Below are positions 1 through 13,100 of a stretch of 64,000 bases of DNA, one piece after another (position 1 is the first letter of the stretch; every line of letters starts with the position of its first letter). Under the pieces are notes generated by a model. It was not told the DNA's origin. It saw nothing but the letters and a program-made list of their open reading frames with translations, and ran no database searches. This stretch comes from Amphiscolops sp. MND2022 (Eukaryota): contig OZ076409.1 of NCBI GenBank assembly GCA_964187785.1, positions 1,054,001 to 1,118,000 on the forward strand, given 5' to 3'. Made by a program: the position numbers and the translations under genes.

Positions 1-2245
1 TTTACCAAGGAAGAGGTATATTTTAGATTTCCGCTTTCAATTGAAGGCGAAAACTATCCCAGATAACAGCGGACGTCTTGAATTGTATTGTATATTTCTG
101 GAAATTTCAAAATAATTTACTACCAGCCTTCAGTAGTACTAACACAATACCAACAGCAAAAATGAAGTATCACACTCGAACCAAGAAACGTATGCAATAC
201 AATAACTTCTACTGATATCTTGAGAAAAAGTTTCTTTATAGGGATTTTACCCCTGTGGGTCTATCATCATGTTTGGTCATTTTGCGGCGTTTTATGAAAG
301 TGTGAGACTTCACAAAAGGTTCTCATTTTTAAGGAATCCTCGACGCGTTGCAAAGATTTTTCCTTCACTGAGACTACAAATTTTTTATGGAAACAATTTA
401 GCTTTGAGCCCAAAGAGACTCCTTGTAGTTTTCTTCAGTCTGTGGATTGGGGAAAAATCCAATTAGTTTAACTGAAGTTTTCAAGTTGCGCATTTTGAGC
501 CTCGAGTGAAGCGTCCACTTATGCCGTTCCAAACATGTTTTATCTTTTAACCAATGGAAACGAATTTCCCAAAACTTTCGGCACATCTCAAGCTCGCAAG
601 CAATCAGAGAGTTGTGTGTGAAGAAACGCAGTCGAAACAGAGAGCTAAGTTTAGTATTTTCAGAAAAATTGAAATTGAAAAAAAACAACTGGATTCTCCA
701 ATACTTTTTTCATGTTTTCGTGATATAGATCCATACAGTTTGTTAAATTTTTCATACAACTACAGTAGTGTTCTACAAAATTGCATCTCCGTTGCTCAAA
801 ATAGCAAATTTCAAAACCAATTATTTTGAAAACTCCCACGACTACAAACAAGTCGCAAACGGTTTAAGTCGGAGCCATATATAAGGCTCGAAACTAGCAA
901 AAAGATTTCAAAGTGTCAACTGTTCTTTTAGAGTACGCGAGAAAAAAAACAATTTGGACCGAATTGGCGCGCCGCTACCGTGGCCCCCTGGCGCGCTTAA
1001 GAGGGGGAACCCTTTCAGAGCATCCATTTTGTCGCGAAACATCAAAAGGATTGGAAAGGGGACCCTTTGAAAACAATTTTAAAAATTTTCGAAGAAGTCT
1101 TACAATGTCGAAAAAACTGAAAAGGGGGACCCATCGGGATTTTTTAACATCCATTCTGTTGCAACAAATCAAAAAAATTGAAGGGGGATACTTCGGCGAA
1201 TTTTTTTCGAAATAAAGGTGGCACAATGCCGGAAAAAACTGTAAAAGGGACTCTTAGTCTCGCCCGGTATTGTATATTTACGCGGAAAACTTTTTGGTTC
1301 AGTTCATTATGCCAAACGGTTAAATTCGACTTCGTAGAACTTTGTAGAACTATTTTGGTCAGTTCGTGTGGATTGAAAAAAGCATAATAGTTCCGTCATT
1401 GACTAAAAATTGTCAGCTAGGGAAGTTTCTTGATTTTGTAGGTTTCAAAAGTGTTTGGAAGTTCTGCGACAAAGTTGAAATTTGTAAATTTCGGCAAAAT
1501 TCAATCAAATTTTGCACCATTTCTCAATTTTCAAGTAAAAAGAAAATGTTTTTGGAAAATTTACAGTCAATCAATTGCGCCCATAACTCTTGAGGATGCT
1601 TGTATAGTTTGATTGAAAATTTTTAGATTTCACAAAATATCAATTTTCTCTCTTAGCCTCTCTTGATACAGTGTTGGGTGTTCAGAGAAACAAAATACTG
1701 TATATTTTCACTGACTCGAAACAAATTCTCTTTGAGTAGTTCAGGACGTTCGGAACATTACAACGTATCTCCGAAAAAAATCCGAAAGTTTTGATGTTAG
1801 GCTACTCGATTTTCGACACTCAAATTTCATTTCTACCTCACGGATTTTGTATTTGTGACAGTTCACCAGATAATTGGGTTTGAATTCTGATATTCAAGAA
1901 ACCTTTTTAACCAAATCAGGAGACGGACTCTTTGGTGATTATCTTTTTAACACACGTTTAAGACACAGAGGCGAAGCGGTGCTTCGCAACACATGACGAA
2001 GACAATGATTATTTTAATATGCGTATATATATTATTTTAATCGCATGCGTACATATTCAACAGTTCAACTTTATTCAATAACGTCCTTATGGCACAGTGG
2101 TTAACACTTATGCCGCGCAATCGGGAGGCTGCAGGTTCGAATCTCTCTGGGGTTTTGGCTTCTCTCTAAAAGGCGCTTATTATGAAGTTGGCTATTGTGG
2201 AAAAAAAACTTTCTTAGCTGGACTGCAATGCACATTGACTTCGTC

Positions 2246-2788
2246 GGATTACGTAAATAACTTCTAAATAAATAAGTTCTAAAATTATATTAGTAAATAA
2301 CTTCTAAATAAATAAGTTCTAAAATTATATTAGTAAATAACTTCTAAAATTCATTTGCGTCTGGTAACTTCTGAAATCATTCTAGTAAAGATTGCTATTC
2401 ATTCTTTCGAAAATAAATTAACCGTTCCATTATTCCGAAAATAAACTTACCGTTCTATTATTCCGAAAACTGTTATTTGAAAAGATTAGCATATTTGTTG
2501 TATGGCTCGGTCGCTTCGCTCCCTTCGCCAAGTAGCAACATTGAGGCATGGCCATATGGCACGTCGCTCCGCTTCGCTTCGCTCCTGCATTTAGGGCACT
2601 AGGGGTATGTGAACATAGCTAACGACGTTATAGAAATAATTACGTCAAAATAGCTGTTTGGAAGTTATTTACTAGATGCCATTGCAATTTAGAAGTTATT
2701 TACTAAAATAATTTTAGAACTTATTTATTTAGAAGTTGTTTACTATATTAATTAGAAGTTATTTATTTAGAAGTTATTTACTTCCCCC
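2246..2788. mobile_element. Foldback/MULE-like MITE nested in a family B copy
   Basis: Long inverted arrays of GTAAATAACTTCTAAA / TTTAGAAGTTATTTAC; flanking duplication ACTTCGTC (2238-2245, 2789-2796). Confidence 0.75.
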
Positions 2789-4021
2789 ACTTCGTCATGT
2801 GCAAAAACAGTTGACGGAAAACCTCGAAATGGATTATGTGTGATATTTATTTGGTCTTTTTTACAAACGCTCAGATGATAAGATGGTGACAATGGTGGCT
2901 GTATTAGACCATTTGGGAGATAACAGACAGCTATTGGCGACTAACCAGCAACTCAATTCACTACAATAGTGTGAAAAATAAACTGAACCTTTCTTTGTAA
3001 AAAAAAAGAATTGGACCAAAATAAATCTGCTATCATCCACGTTATTTGAAAATCAAATAAACGAACATTCTAAAATTTTGTTGGACACTTGAAATGTAGG
3101 TTTGCAAATAATGAAGAAACCTCCTAATTTGATTTTTCATTGATTGTATTCACTACTGAATTGGCATATGGGACATGATTTTGGACAATTTTGTAACATT
3201 TGGCACCTAATTTGGAACTTTTGTTCATTTGGCAGGTACTTCATTTACTGAAGCCATTCAACTATTTTCGATCAAGATAACTGGTATTGTATAGTTTTTG
3301 AAAGAGGTTTTCTATTATTTCATTTTATCTTAATACGTGAGACACAGCTATTTTTCGGAAAGACTAAGGGTGCAGCTAAATGTCCAATTTAGTGCCATCT
3401 AAGAGATGAAGATTGATTGGAATCCGCAACTGGAATACTACTGCACAAAAAACAAGCCGCAAACGGCCCATGTCGGCGCACCGCTCAATGTTAAAAAACA
3501 GTTTTTTAAATATGCAAAGGGACACTATTTAAATTTACAGTGCCGAAAAATATCAAAAGGGATACGCATAAGAAACGAAACCTGCTTTTTCCTCAACTGG
3601 AAACATCAAAAAACTGACTTTTAAAAAATCGAAAAAATCTCATCAAATGAATAGTTGCAAGGACCGATCTGTGGTAATCGCACCTAAATTTCGAAAAGCC
3701 TCATCAAAACCTGCCACTGTTGCACCGGTTTTCCACGCACTATACGAAGTGCATTTCGCTGACACATTACCCTCTGCGGTTTTTGATAACGTGTAATTTT
3801 GACTATGTGGTTTCTTGACCTCCTCCTCCTTAAGTGAAGCACTGAGATGTTTGAAAGTTGGTGTCTTTTGAAAAATCAATAATTCTCGAATGAGTAAAGT
3901 GACTACAAAATGTATGTATAAATTCAATCTCAAAGAATCAAACTCAATTGGCGGCAGCGGGCGTAACAGTTTCACTGGGGGGGGGGGTATGTTGCAGAGG
4001 TGAAAAGGTCAAAGTGGGTCA

Positions 4022-4187
4022 TCAGGTGGGTGTGTGTGGATTGTGGGGTGACTTGAGCACTTTGAGGAGGTGTCTCAACTCGGCCTTGCTCACTTGGTCG
4101 GTGGCGTCGTCGTAGATGTCTGTGGAGTGATCGAACTCGTAGTACACCCAGCGCCTCGCTCGCTCTGCGTCCAGATTAGTCAGGTAC
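4022..4187 (-). CDS. mRpL19: mRpL19 exon 5 (terminal)
   Basis: Acceptor catag|G completes the phase-2 Ser codon; encodes YLTNLDAERARRWVYYEFDH...HTPT*; GC-rich island in an AT-rich background. Confidence 0.8.
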
Positions 4188-7100
4188 CTATGCAATATAC
4201 AATACACTATAATTATATAAATGACCACTTTTACAAAAACATCTGTTTGAAATTTACGCCACTCTGATATATAAAGCTTTCAATTATGAAACTTAGAACG
4301 CTCTAAAACCACTGCCAATCTTACAAAAACAGGTCCCAGCGGCGCAGAGGATTTTCCAAAAAATTCCATACGCTTTTCCCACAAGAAAATAGTCGCGAAT
4401 ACTGAAGATCATTTGGACAGGCTAGGAGAAATAGGGTTCAAACTTGGAACAAGAAAACAGTAAAAAAATGGAAAACACCTACGAAATTGATGGTAGATTT
4501 GTTCAGTATTACGCACATAGTTTTTCTAAATTGAACTGATATGCTGTCGTTTTTCTCTCAAAAAAGGTAGTTTACTCTCATTCACAAATGAAGTCAATCT
4601 CTCAGCTCAAAAAATCTTGACAAAAATATCATTCGAGAAAAAAGCATGTTTATACAATAAATCTATCTCCCAGTTCTTATATATTATGCTGTAACAAACC
4701 TACTTACAGTACAAAATTTCAAAAAATGAAGGGGCCCTTTGCATACATTAAAAAATTTTCGAAAAAGACTCACAAAGCCGAAACAAGGCACAAACGTGTA
4801 CCCGGGGACGTGGTTTTAGTATCGCTTGTTGAATATAGATTTTTCAAAGATCCAAAAAAGTCTTTCAGTCCTGAAAACCTGACCCTGAAGCATTACGTTG
4901 GACGCAAATTATGTGAAACTTAGGGAAAAAAGTGATAATGTTATACGAGAAATGAAAACGTTACATCCAAACTTTGAAAACGCTATATCCGAACTTTGAA
5001 AACATTATATCCGGACTTTCAAAACGTTATATCCGAGCTAAAATCCGCTACGAAGTTGAACAAATGAAAAAGTGGACCATTCAGAGTGAACTAAAAAAAC
5101 TACCACTGTAATAGGTGGGCACTTTTCTTATAAAAAGCACCGACTAAAAACGTTGCTAAGGCTACAAAATATGATGGAAAGGTTTTCCTTCTGAACAGTT
5201 GTTTCAGGGATAAAGTTCAAAACGCATTGAATTACCTTCTGATATAACTTCTAAAAATATTACTGGACTCCGAAACAAAAATACCGCTGTAATTCTGATA
5301 AAAATTTAAGAAACTTTTGCTCCTGCGATTAAGAATATATCAAAAAAGATATTACGCTTTGAAAATTTTCGTTAACCAAATCGAGTGTTCAGCTTTTTGG
5401 TACCATAGTGTACTTTCGAATGGAGCACATTATGATAAGCTTTTCAAAGTTCAATCTCTTTCAAATCTCCCGTGATCTTTTTTGCACCAAGTCCTAAAAC
5501 AGTCCTTTTATCGCCTAGAAAGAATGCGAACTTCGAAAATCCATTAAGCAGCCGCTGCAAACAGATAAGCTTCTTTGGTCTTCTGGTGTTTCCATCAAAA
5601 TCCGCAAAACCCATTCTCGAGATGACACAACTGCTTTTAAGATGAGAAGCGGCGGTATTACATGAGTAGCAGAGATCTTGTCAGGCGAATGACCGTTAAA
5701 GCCGATGGGAATTGAAAAGCTATCAAAAGTCACTCTAGCAATACTCTCCCTACATCAAAAACTTTCAACAAGTAGCCACCGTCGCCTTTGAAGATAAAGG
5801 CTGAAAAAATTAGAGACTTACTTCTCAACCCGCGCAAGAAATGGAAAAAAAACGGAAATCATGATAAAGTGCCTGTGCCGATTTTTCTTCTGCTTTTCGC
5901 CTCGCTTTTATGAAGATAATTGAGCACACTTTAACCACTGCATCTCATGAGGATGATAGCAGTCTAGCCTCCAACCAGGGTTTGATTTATATCCCTTTTT
6001 TTTAAATTTTTGATTTTTTAAAAAAGGATCGATTTCAAAGAATCAATTAACTTTTGACATTCAAAAGTTTCCCACATTTCTCAATTCCCTGATTGTTTCT
6101 GAGGCTTGAATGTACAGAGCTTTTTGAACAATAAACTGGTGAATTTTGAATGAATTATGAATGAAATCAAGTAAGCATTTCATTCCGTGTAAAAATATCA
6201 ATCGATGTTTTGGAGTTTTATTGTTTGATTCTAATCCGATTCAAATCAAGTTGATTCAAATTAGCCAATCCTGCATCCAACTGTTCACGTTAGAAGATTA
6301 GGTAGGCATTGCGGCGGAAAGGGAAAACTTGAAAAATTTCACAAAGCGACGAAACAAGGTAATAGACATGTTTTTATACACGTTGTTAGTATTCGCGGTA
6401 TTCGCAGGCCATGTTCAAACAATAGTAAATTCAAAGTTTCGAATCTAACTAAGCAAAAGCGAGAAAGATGAGCGCCGCTGGCCCTGCCGCTGGCTAATTC
6501 CAACTAGTTGATGATCTTCATGCTTTTCATACTTCCCTAAAAATATTGATCGAATATGATCTATTGCTATTGAAAAAATGATCGAATATGATCAAAATAT
6601 GATCATTTATGATCTGTGAGAAAATAAGTTTCTTTCTTGAATTATTGCGCATAACATTTCATACAAAAATATATGCATAAAACAAGATTGAAATTTTAGT
6701 GAAGCAAGTCTTAGGATTTGAGGTCTTTTAATTTTTTCATGGCATCGTCTTGCTTCATCTTTGCCTGTTCTCGCATTCTCTGCCCTTCGGCAATTTTTGC
6801 TTGCGCTATGAGCAGAGTGTCTTTCGAAACACTCTTTCCTTTTGTTGCCAAAGCAGCTTGAAACTGTTTCATCCCCATTTCTTCAATATCTGTAGCTGCT
6901 TTGTACTCTAGTTTGGCATCATCCACAATTTTTTCTAGAGCATCGACCTTTTCTTTTTTAGCCTTCTTTTCCGCAACAATCTTATTTCGTTCTGCACTGT
7001 CCATTTCTTCTTTGCGCTTTCGTTCTGACTCTTCTCGTTGTCGCAATTGCTCGTCTTTATATGCCTGCGAGGCTTCTGTCAAGCATTTTATTAGAGCTTT

Positions 7101-10100
7101 GGTACGTGGGATTTTGCTCGCATCGCCTTCGTATTTGCGGTAAATGTAGTCCATTACTAATCGAATTCTGGCTATTGTAACTTCTTTCAATGATAATCTC
7201 TGCTCCTCCAAAACAAGTTTGTTGTAACTAAAACCTCTTTCAGCAATAGCATTCCCATTACTGCATGTTAAGCTAGCTCGAGCCACTTTGACGATGCTTG
7301 GAAAACGTTCTTTGTTGCTATCGTCTTTCAAATCAGCTAACGTATTGAAAAAATGATCGATTCTCTGGGGCTTGAATAGTTCAGAATCAGTGGCCAACAG
7401 GGTGACATACTCTAATTGGAGACTGTCTACGGTTCCTTGTGAAATGATATTGGGGATAACTTTGTGGAGGGCGTACGCTAGGAAATGCTTTGAAATGTTT
7501 GGCAAGACCATGAGTTACCAAATATGTCAACTTCGTTCTTTGTAGAGTAAATTCTTCCGCAATTTTTGAGTCTGGAAACATAACTCGAAATAAGTTGGCA
7601 ACGTTTTCTACAGAGTTGAATGATTGTACCTTACAAACGTGGTTTGCTGCAAAAAGACCATCTGCAAAAATCTGCTGTTCTGTGGCAGTGAAAACGGCTT
7701 TCTTGTGACTAACTTCGAGGGTTCCGCAGCTCGACGAGGTGAAAACACTTTGATTCTTACCACTTCGCAAAAGCTTTGCATGAACAGCAGTTCCAGCATG
7801 CTGAGTCACCAAGTAATATCCTCGAACAACACTGAAACTTTTATTACATGATGTACAAAAAGCTTTTTTGTCATCTTTTTCATCCTTTCGCAACCATTCG
7901 CTATTAGAAATGCCATCAATTGTAAACTGAACCCATTCATCTTTGAACTTGCAAATTCCAGGGCCGGACTTTTTTTTCGATGTTGAATTATTTGGTGCAT
8001 CCAGTGCGACCACGTCGTCATCATTATGTTCATTCGAATCCATGCAACAATCTGAAAATACAATGTTACAATTAGTGTTTATGATTTAGTATTAGAATAT
8101 GATCTATATGAGAATTCATGATCTTTATGATCTAAAATTACTAAATTTTAAAAAAATAATCGAATCCCTTAAATATGATCTCAGCGGCAGCCCTGGATGA
8201 GCGTTATACTTTTTAATCGAAACTAACGAACATTTTCAAATATATGAGCGTTGTCAAACAAAGTCTTAGTTTCTGAAAAAAATTAGTGCCTGGTCATGAA
8301 AACTGCCTGTTTTTATCAACACCAATATCGTCTATTCATTAATTCGTTTTTGTCAACACCAATATCGTCTATTCATTAATTCATTAAGTCTACGGACGAA
8401 TTGAGTAGTCGTTTTGGTACACAAAAACACAAATGGTACCGCCCTGTGTACTTTTTAGCATTATTCTAGCTGATTTAGAATCGGTATCTTTAAGCAAGAG
8501 TTGCAATTGGTGTCAAGTTAGTGTGTCCTGTCAGTGAAGAAGCGAGACTAACGAGGTGTCCATGTTTTTGAGGTTGAAGCGCTCCCATCGGTAGTCCCAG
8601 GGCTTGGGCAGCATCTTCACTCGGCCTGTGAACACGGGCACCTCTTCGGGAATGGGCTCCGGCTGCAACAAGACGACATTAACATCTTTTGTGGAGTGGA
8701 ATAAACGACAACAGCTTTCCTTCCATTCTACCAAAATAACTATTCTCATCTATTGTCAGCCCCCCGCTACTTACTTACTCTCCTGCTGCATTTTCAAAGA
8801 GTAGCCTTTCGATAATGTTAACTTCAACTGCGAAATACAGTTTCAGCTGATACATTTTTATCTGAATAAGTATGCCGCCAACATCTCAATGAGCAGACCC
8901 TATCACTCAATTTGATATTTTCCAGAATTTTCGTAGAAAAAAACTGGGAACGGCATAATCGGCACCCCGCTCAAGGTTCAAAAAGAGCGAAAGGACTTCG
9001 GAGCGTCAATAACTCTTTTGAATGAATTCTCATCAATTTCACAGCACCGAAAAAATTCAATCTACCCGAAACCTGGCCAGAGCCCGTTTCAAAAATCTTA
9101 ACACGACCCGATATTTTTGAACATTTTTAATACCCGACGAAACTGACCGAAAACGAATTTGATACCCGAAAGTAAATTTTAAATGAAAATTGTAAATGAA
9201 AACAAAAATCAAAAGTTCAACATCAAGTTTTTTGGCAAACATCTGGGCTCTAAAAGCTGAGCGAATAAGACCCCCTTGACAAAAATCTCGTTCACTTTCA
9301 ACACTAGTTGCTTGAGAATATTTCTTTGGCAACTGCACTGAGCATAAGGAATTCTGCTGCGCTTCCTTTTAATGTATAAATTTTCAATTTACTTTCCGAA
9401 GTGTCACACCCGGCCTGAAAAAATTCAAGCTCGAAAAAGCCCGGTTATAAGCCCGCCCGGTCGGCAACATTTAATCATGTGCAGGGTGGGATTTATGACA
9501 CCATTCGAACAATTTCTGACGTTTTAAACGTTGAAAATATTGTTTGACAGTGTAATAAATGTCAAAAATGTGTGTAAAAAAGTGGACAATATATTGCACC
9601 TGAAAATTAGTTTTTTTTTCGGTAACAACAGTTTCAGAACAAAAAGTTAAATTCCAAAAGGAAATAGAAAAAATTCTTCAAATTAATAACAAGTTTAGAG
9701 ATCAGTCAATTTAATCAAAGCAAAATCTGAAATTAAACTAATACAGTAATGAAAATAATTTTAACGCTGTTACAAACAATAGTTGATTTAGAGTATTTGG
9801 ACGTCAGCATTTCTGTAAAATCTCACTATGAAGCTCAAATTTCTGACACCATTATTTATGACATGTTAAATAACAGTGTTATTTATAATGTTTAAATAAC
9901 ACCCCTGGCATGAATTGGCCCACCGTGGTCATGTGATTGGTTCCAACTCGGCTATTTTTTGTGCTCTTAAAATGTCAAATACTTGTCAATAAATGTTTCA
10001 AAACAACTTCGAACGCTGAAATTCAGCTTGTCAATCTTTCAGTTTGACAACATTGCTTTCACACATTCGAGTGTCAAAGAACTTTCACACTTCAGAAGTG

Positions 10101-13100
10101 CAAACAAAGTGATTGGTAAAGATGTCTAGAATTTCACTGAGGGTTCAAATCATCTTTTGGTGAAGATGTGATTACGTAATTAGAGCTCCGATTTGAAAGA
10201 TTGACTGGACAATTTTCAGAGGCTTGTTTACAAATATTACAATTTGAAGAGCGAAAATTTTTGTGCGTTCCGTTTTTCTGGTTCACCTAGAAGCAGTTTG
10301 TGTTGTCCGCGTGTTCCAACGTTGGTCAATATAAATAACACGTTATTTAGCATGCCTTTATATAACAGCTGTTGAATTGAATATTTTACAATAAATACCA
10401 CTTTTAGAACCCTTTCGTTGATGAACACTCCTTTTTAGAGCCAACTACTAAAGACTTTTCGCGTTAGTTTAACGCGTTTCAGATTGAGTTGAACTATGGG
10501 ACGGAGAAAAAGCGATATTTGGTCAAACTTCAAAGAAGTTCAAGTAGACGGAGGGAGTCGTTCGTGGAGAATGCACAAAATGCAAGGAAACGGTTGTCAA
10601 CAACCCTGAACAAGTGAAATCTCATTTGACAAGATGCGAAAAATCTGATGATGAACCTACTTCGAAGGCTCCAAAACTGGTTCAGTCGGTGTTACGCTGC
10701 AGTTCAAATGCTAAGCAAGAAGACATCAACATTCAAATTGTTCGTTATTTTATCGCATCTAATACCGCATTTCTGCAGGCAGAAAATTCTGAGTTCGCAA
10801 AACTCGTAAAAAGTACTTCGCCCTGAAACAAAAATACTCCATCGCAAAACAATCGCTGGTCCTTTGCTTGAGCAGGTTTTTAAACCAGAGAAAGACAAAA
10901 TTGTTGACATCATCAAAGAACGAAATTGAACGTGGATTATTGACGGCTGGTCTACTCGTGCAAACGAGCCCGTTATTGGCGTGACAATACATTGTGATGG
11001 GAAAAGTTATTAGGTTAATACGATAGATACTTCGGGAGGACCTCATACAATCGATTATTTAACCCAATTGCTTAAAAATGAAATGAAGAAGTACCACGAG
11101 GATTGAAACGTCAAAGTAACTGCCGTTGTTACCGATAATGCAACCAATATGTCTGGTATGCGACATTCGATCAAGGCGCCAGAGCAGTTGATTCACACAT
11201 ATGGTTGCCAAGCACATTTACTCAATCTTTTGTGCAAGGAAATAACGAGCTCTAAAAAATGTCGTATCAAGAATCATCGGTGTCGTCAAGCATCTTCGAG
11301 TCCACAACGCGGAATCTGCCCACCCTCCTCAAAGAAAAGAATCTTCCTCGGTCGCCGATTCCCAGTGCGGTTCGCTGGAATTCTCTACATGATACCCTCA
11401 GTTATTTTTGCACGCTTTGGTCATCAATAGTGGTTATTTCAAATGAAACACTCAAGCCTGGAGACAATTTACAGGGACATGGAAGATGTTGGCCTTAAAA
11501 TGGTAGCTTCGGAGTTGTTGCAAATTTTTCAACCCATCAGTATCGCATTGGATCGTCTGCAAAGTGATTCGGCAGTAATGGGCGACGTCTTCGATATTTG
11601 GCACGGGCTTCGGATTGGGGCGCCAGATCAGTTCCAAGAAAAGATATGTAAGCGATCAAAACAAGCAATCAAAGACGTGTTTCTTGCCGCCTAATAGTAT
11701 CTGATAAACCCACGTTACCGTTACCGAGGTGCTAAATTGGACGCTGTTGAGACTCCAAAGGCAAGGGAATACATCAAAGACTGCAAGCAAACCCAGGTGC
11801 GTCAGTGACCTGATGAAATATATCGCGAGAGAACCCCTACAAAATGTTGGACTGTTCTTTCAAGTGCCGGACTAGAACGTCAATTTTCAATCCTGGGGTT
11901 CACATACGGGAAGCTGAGAACCCAGTTTGGGGTCGAAAAAGCGGGAAACTCGCATTTCTCTACAAACAAATGAATGTCCAATAAAATTGTTGATGTTCTG
12001 TTTGTGAAGAAATAATTAAAATTTTAACATGTTATTTACTTTTTTAGCATGTAAGTTTGTTATTTACGATAAATAACTTAGAAAAGACCAACCCTGGCGT
12101 GTTCTAATGAAATCTAATGAACAGCGTCTCATTGTTGAGCGCGATTTCGGTTGATTTACTACGTGAACCAAAAACGGGACGCACAAAACTTTTTGAGCTC
12201 TTAAAGTTTCAAATATTTGTCAACAAGACGCCCGCGGACCAGCGGGATATTTTCCGCCCCAAATCTCTTCGAAAAAGACTACTGGACAACAAATTTGTTC
12301 CTTGTTGATTCTTTTCAACATTCCAATCTACGAAGTCTGTCGAAAATTTGACAAAAATTGCATAAAAAACTTTGAAAATTGGAAAATTTTGGGTTTTTTG
12401 TCATTTTCGGTTTCAATTTGATATATTTTTCATTTAGAAAACAGTCATTATCTCTTCGGAAAAGCATACTGGACAACGAATTCCTGCCATTCCTGTCACG
12501 TTGAGCGTTTTCAACATTCTAATCCACGAAGTCTATCGAAAATTTGACAAAAATTGCATAAAAACGTTAAAAATCGAAAAATTTTGGAATTTTATCATTT
12601 TTGGGGTAATTTTTCTTTTTGAAAAAACGCATTTATCTCCTTAAAGAATACTATTGGACAACTATTGGACGCTGTTGAGACTCCAAAGGCAAGGGAATAC
12701 ATCAAAGACTGCCTACAAAATGTTGGACTGTTCTTTCAAGTGCCGGACTAGAACGTCAATTTTCAATCCTGGGGTTCACATACGGGAAGCTGAGAACCCA
12801 GTTTGGGGTCGAAAAAGCGGGAAACTCGCATTTCTCTACAAACAAATGAATGTCCAATAAAATTGTTGATGTTCTGTTTGTGAAGAAATAATTAAAATTT
12901 TAACATGTTATTTACTTTTTTAGCATGTAAGTTTGTTATTTACGATAAATAATTTACAAAAGACCAACCCTGGCGTGTTCTAATGAAATCTAATGAACAG
13001 CGTCTCATTGTTGAGCGCGACTTCGGTTGATTTACTACGTGAACCAAAAACGGGACGCACAAAACTTTTTGAGCTCTTAAAGTTTCAAATATTTGTCAAC

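Noticed and set aside
913..1387. 60-120 aa ORFs with KGGPFG/LARY-like words, recurring at 14.7-15.8k, 22.0k, 27.3-27.7k and 50.0k
   Set aside because: They lie inside family A repeats; frames are not conserved between copies and no domain motif is present.
2083..2155. tRNA genes (also 31147, 32785, 44962, 46061, 52055)
   Set aside because: A/B boxes are present but the acceptor and anticodon stems are broken and the sequences sit in repeats; treated as tRNA-derived cassettes.
3643..3975. 110-aa ORF downstream of mRpL19
   Set aside because: Non-ATG start, AT-rich, no splice support; at most a faint BED-finger-like TE remnant.
5430..5800. GDGGY-like word hinting at a Harbinger transposase
   Set aside because: A single short motif followed by a stop, with no TIR or TSD found.
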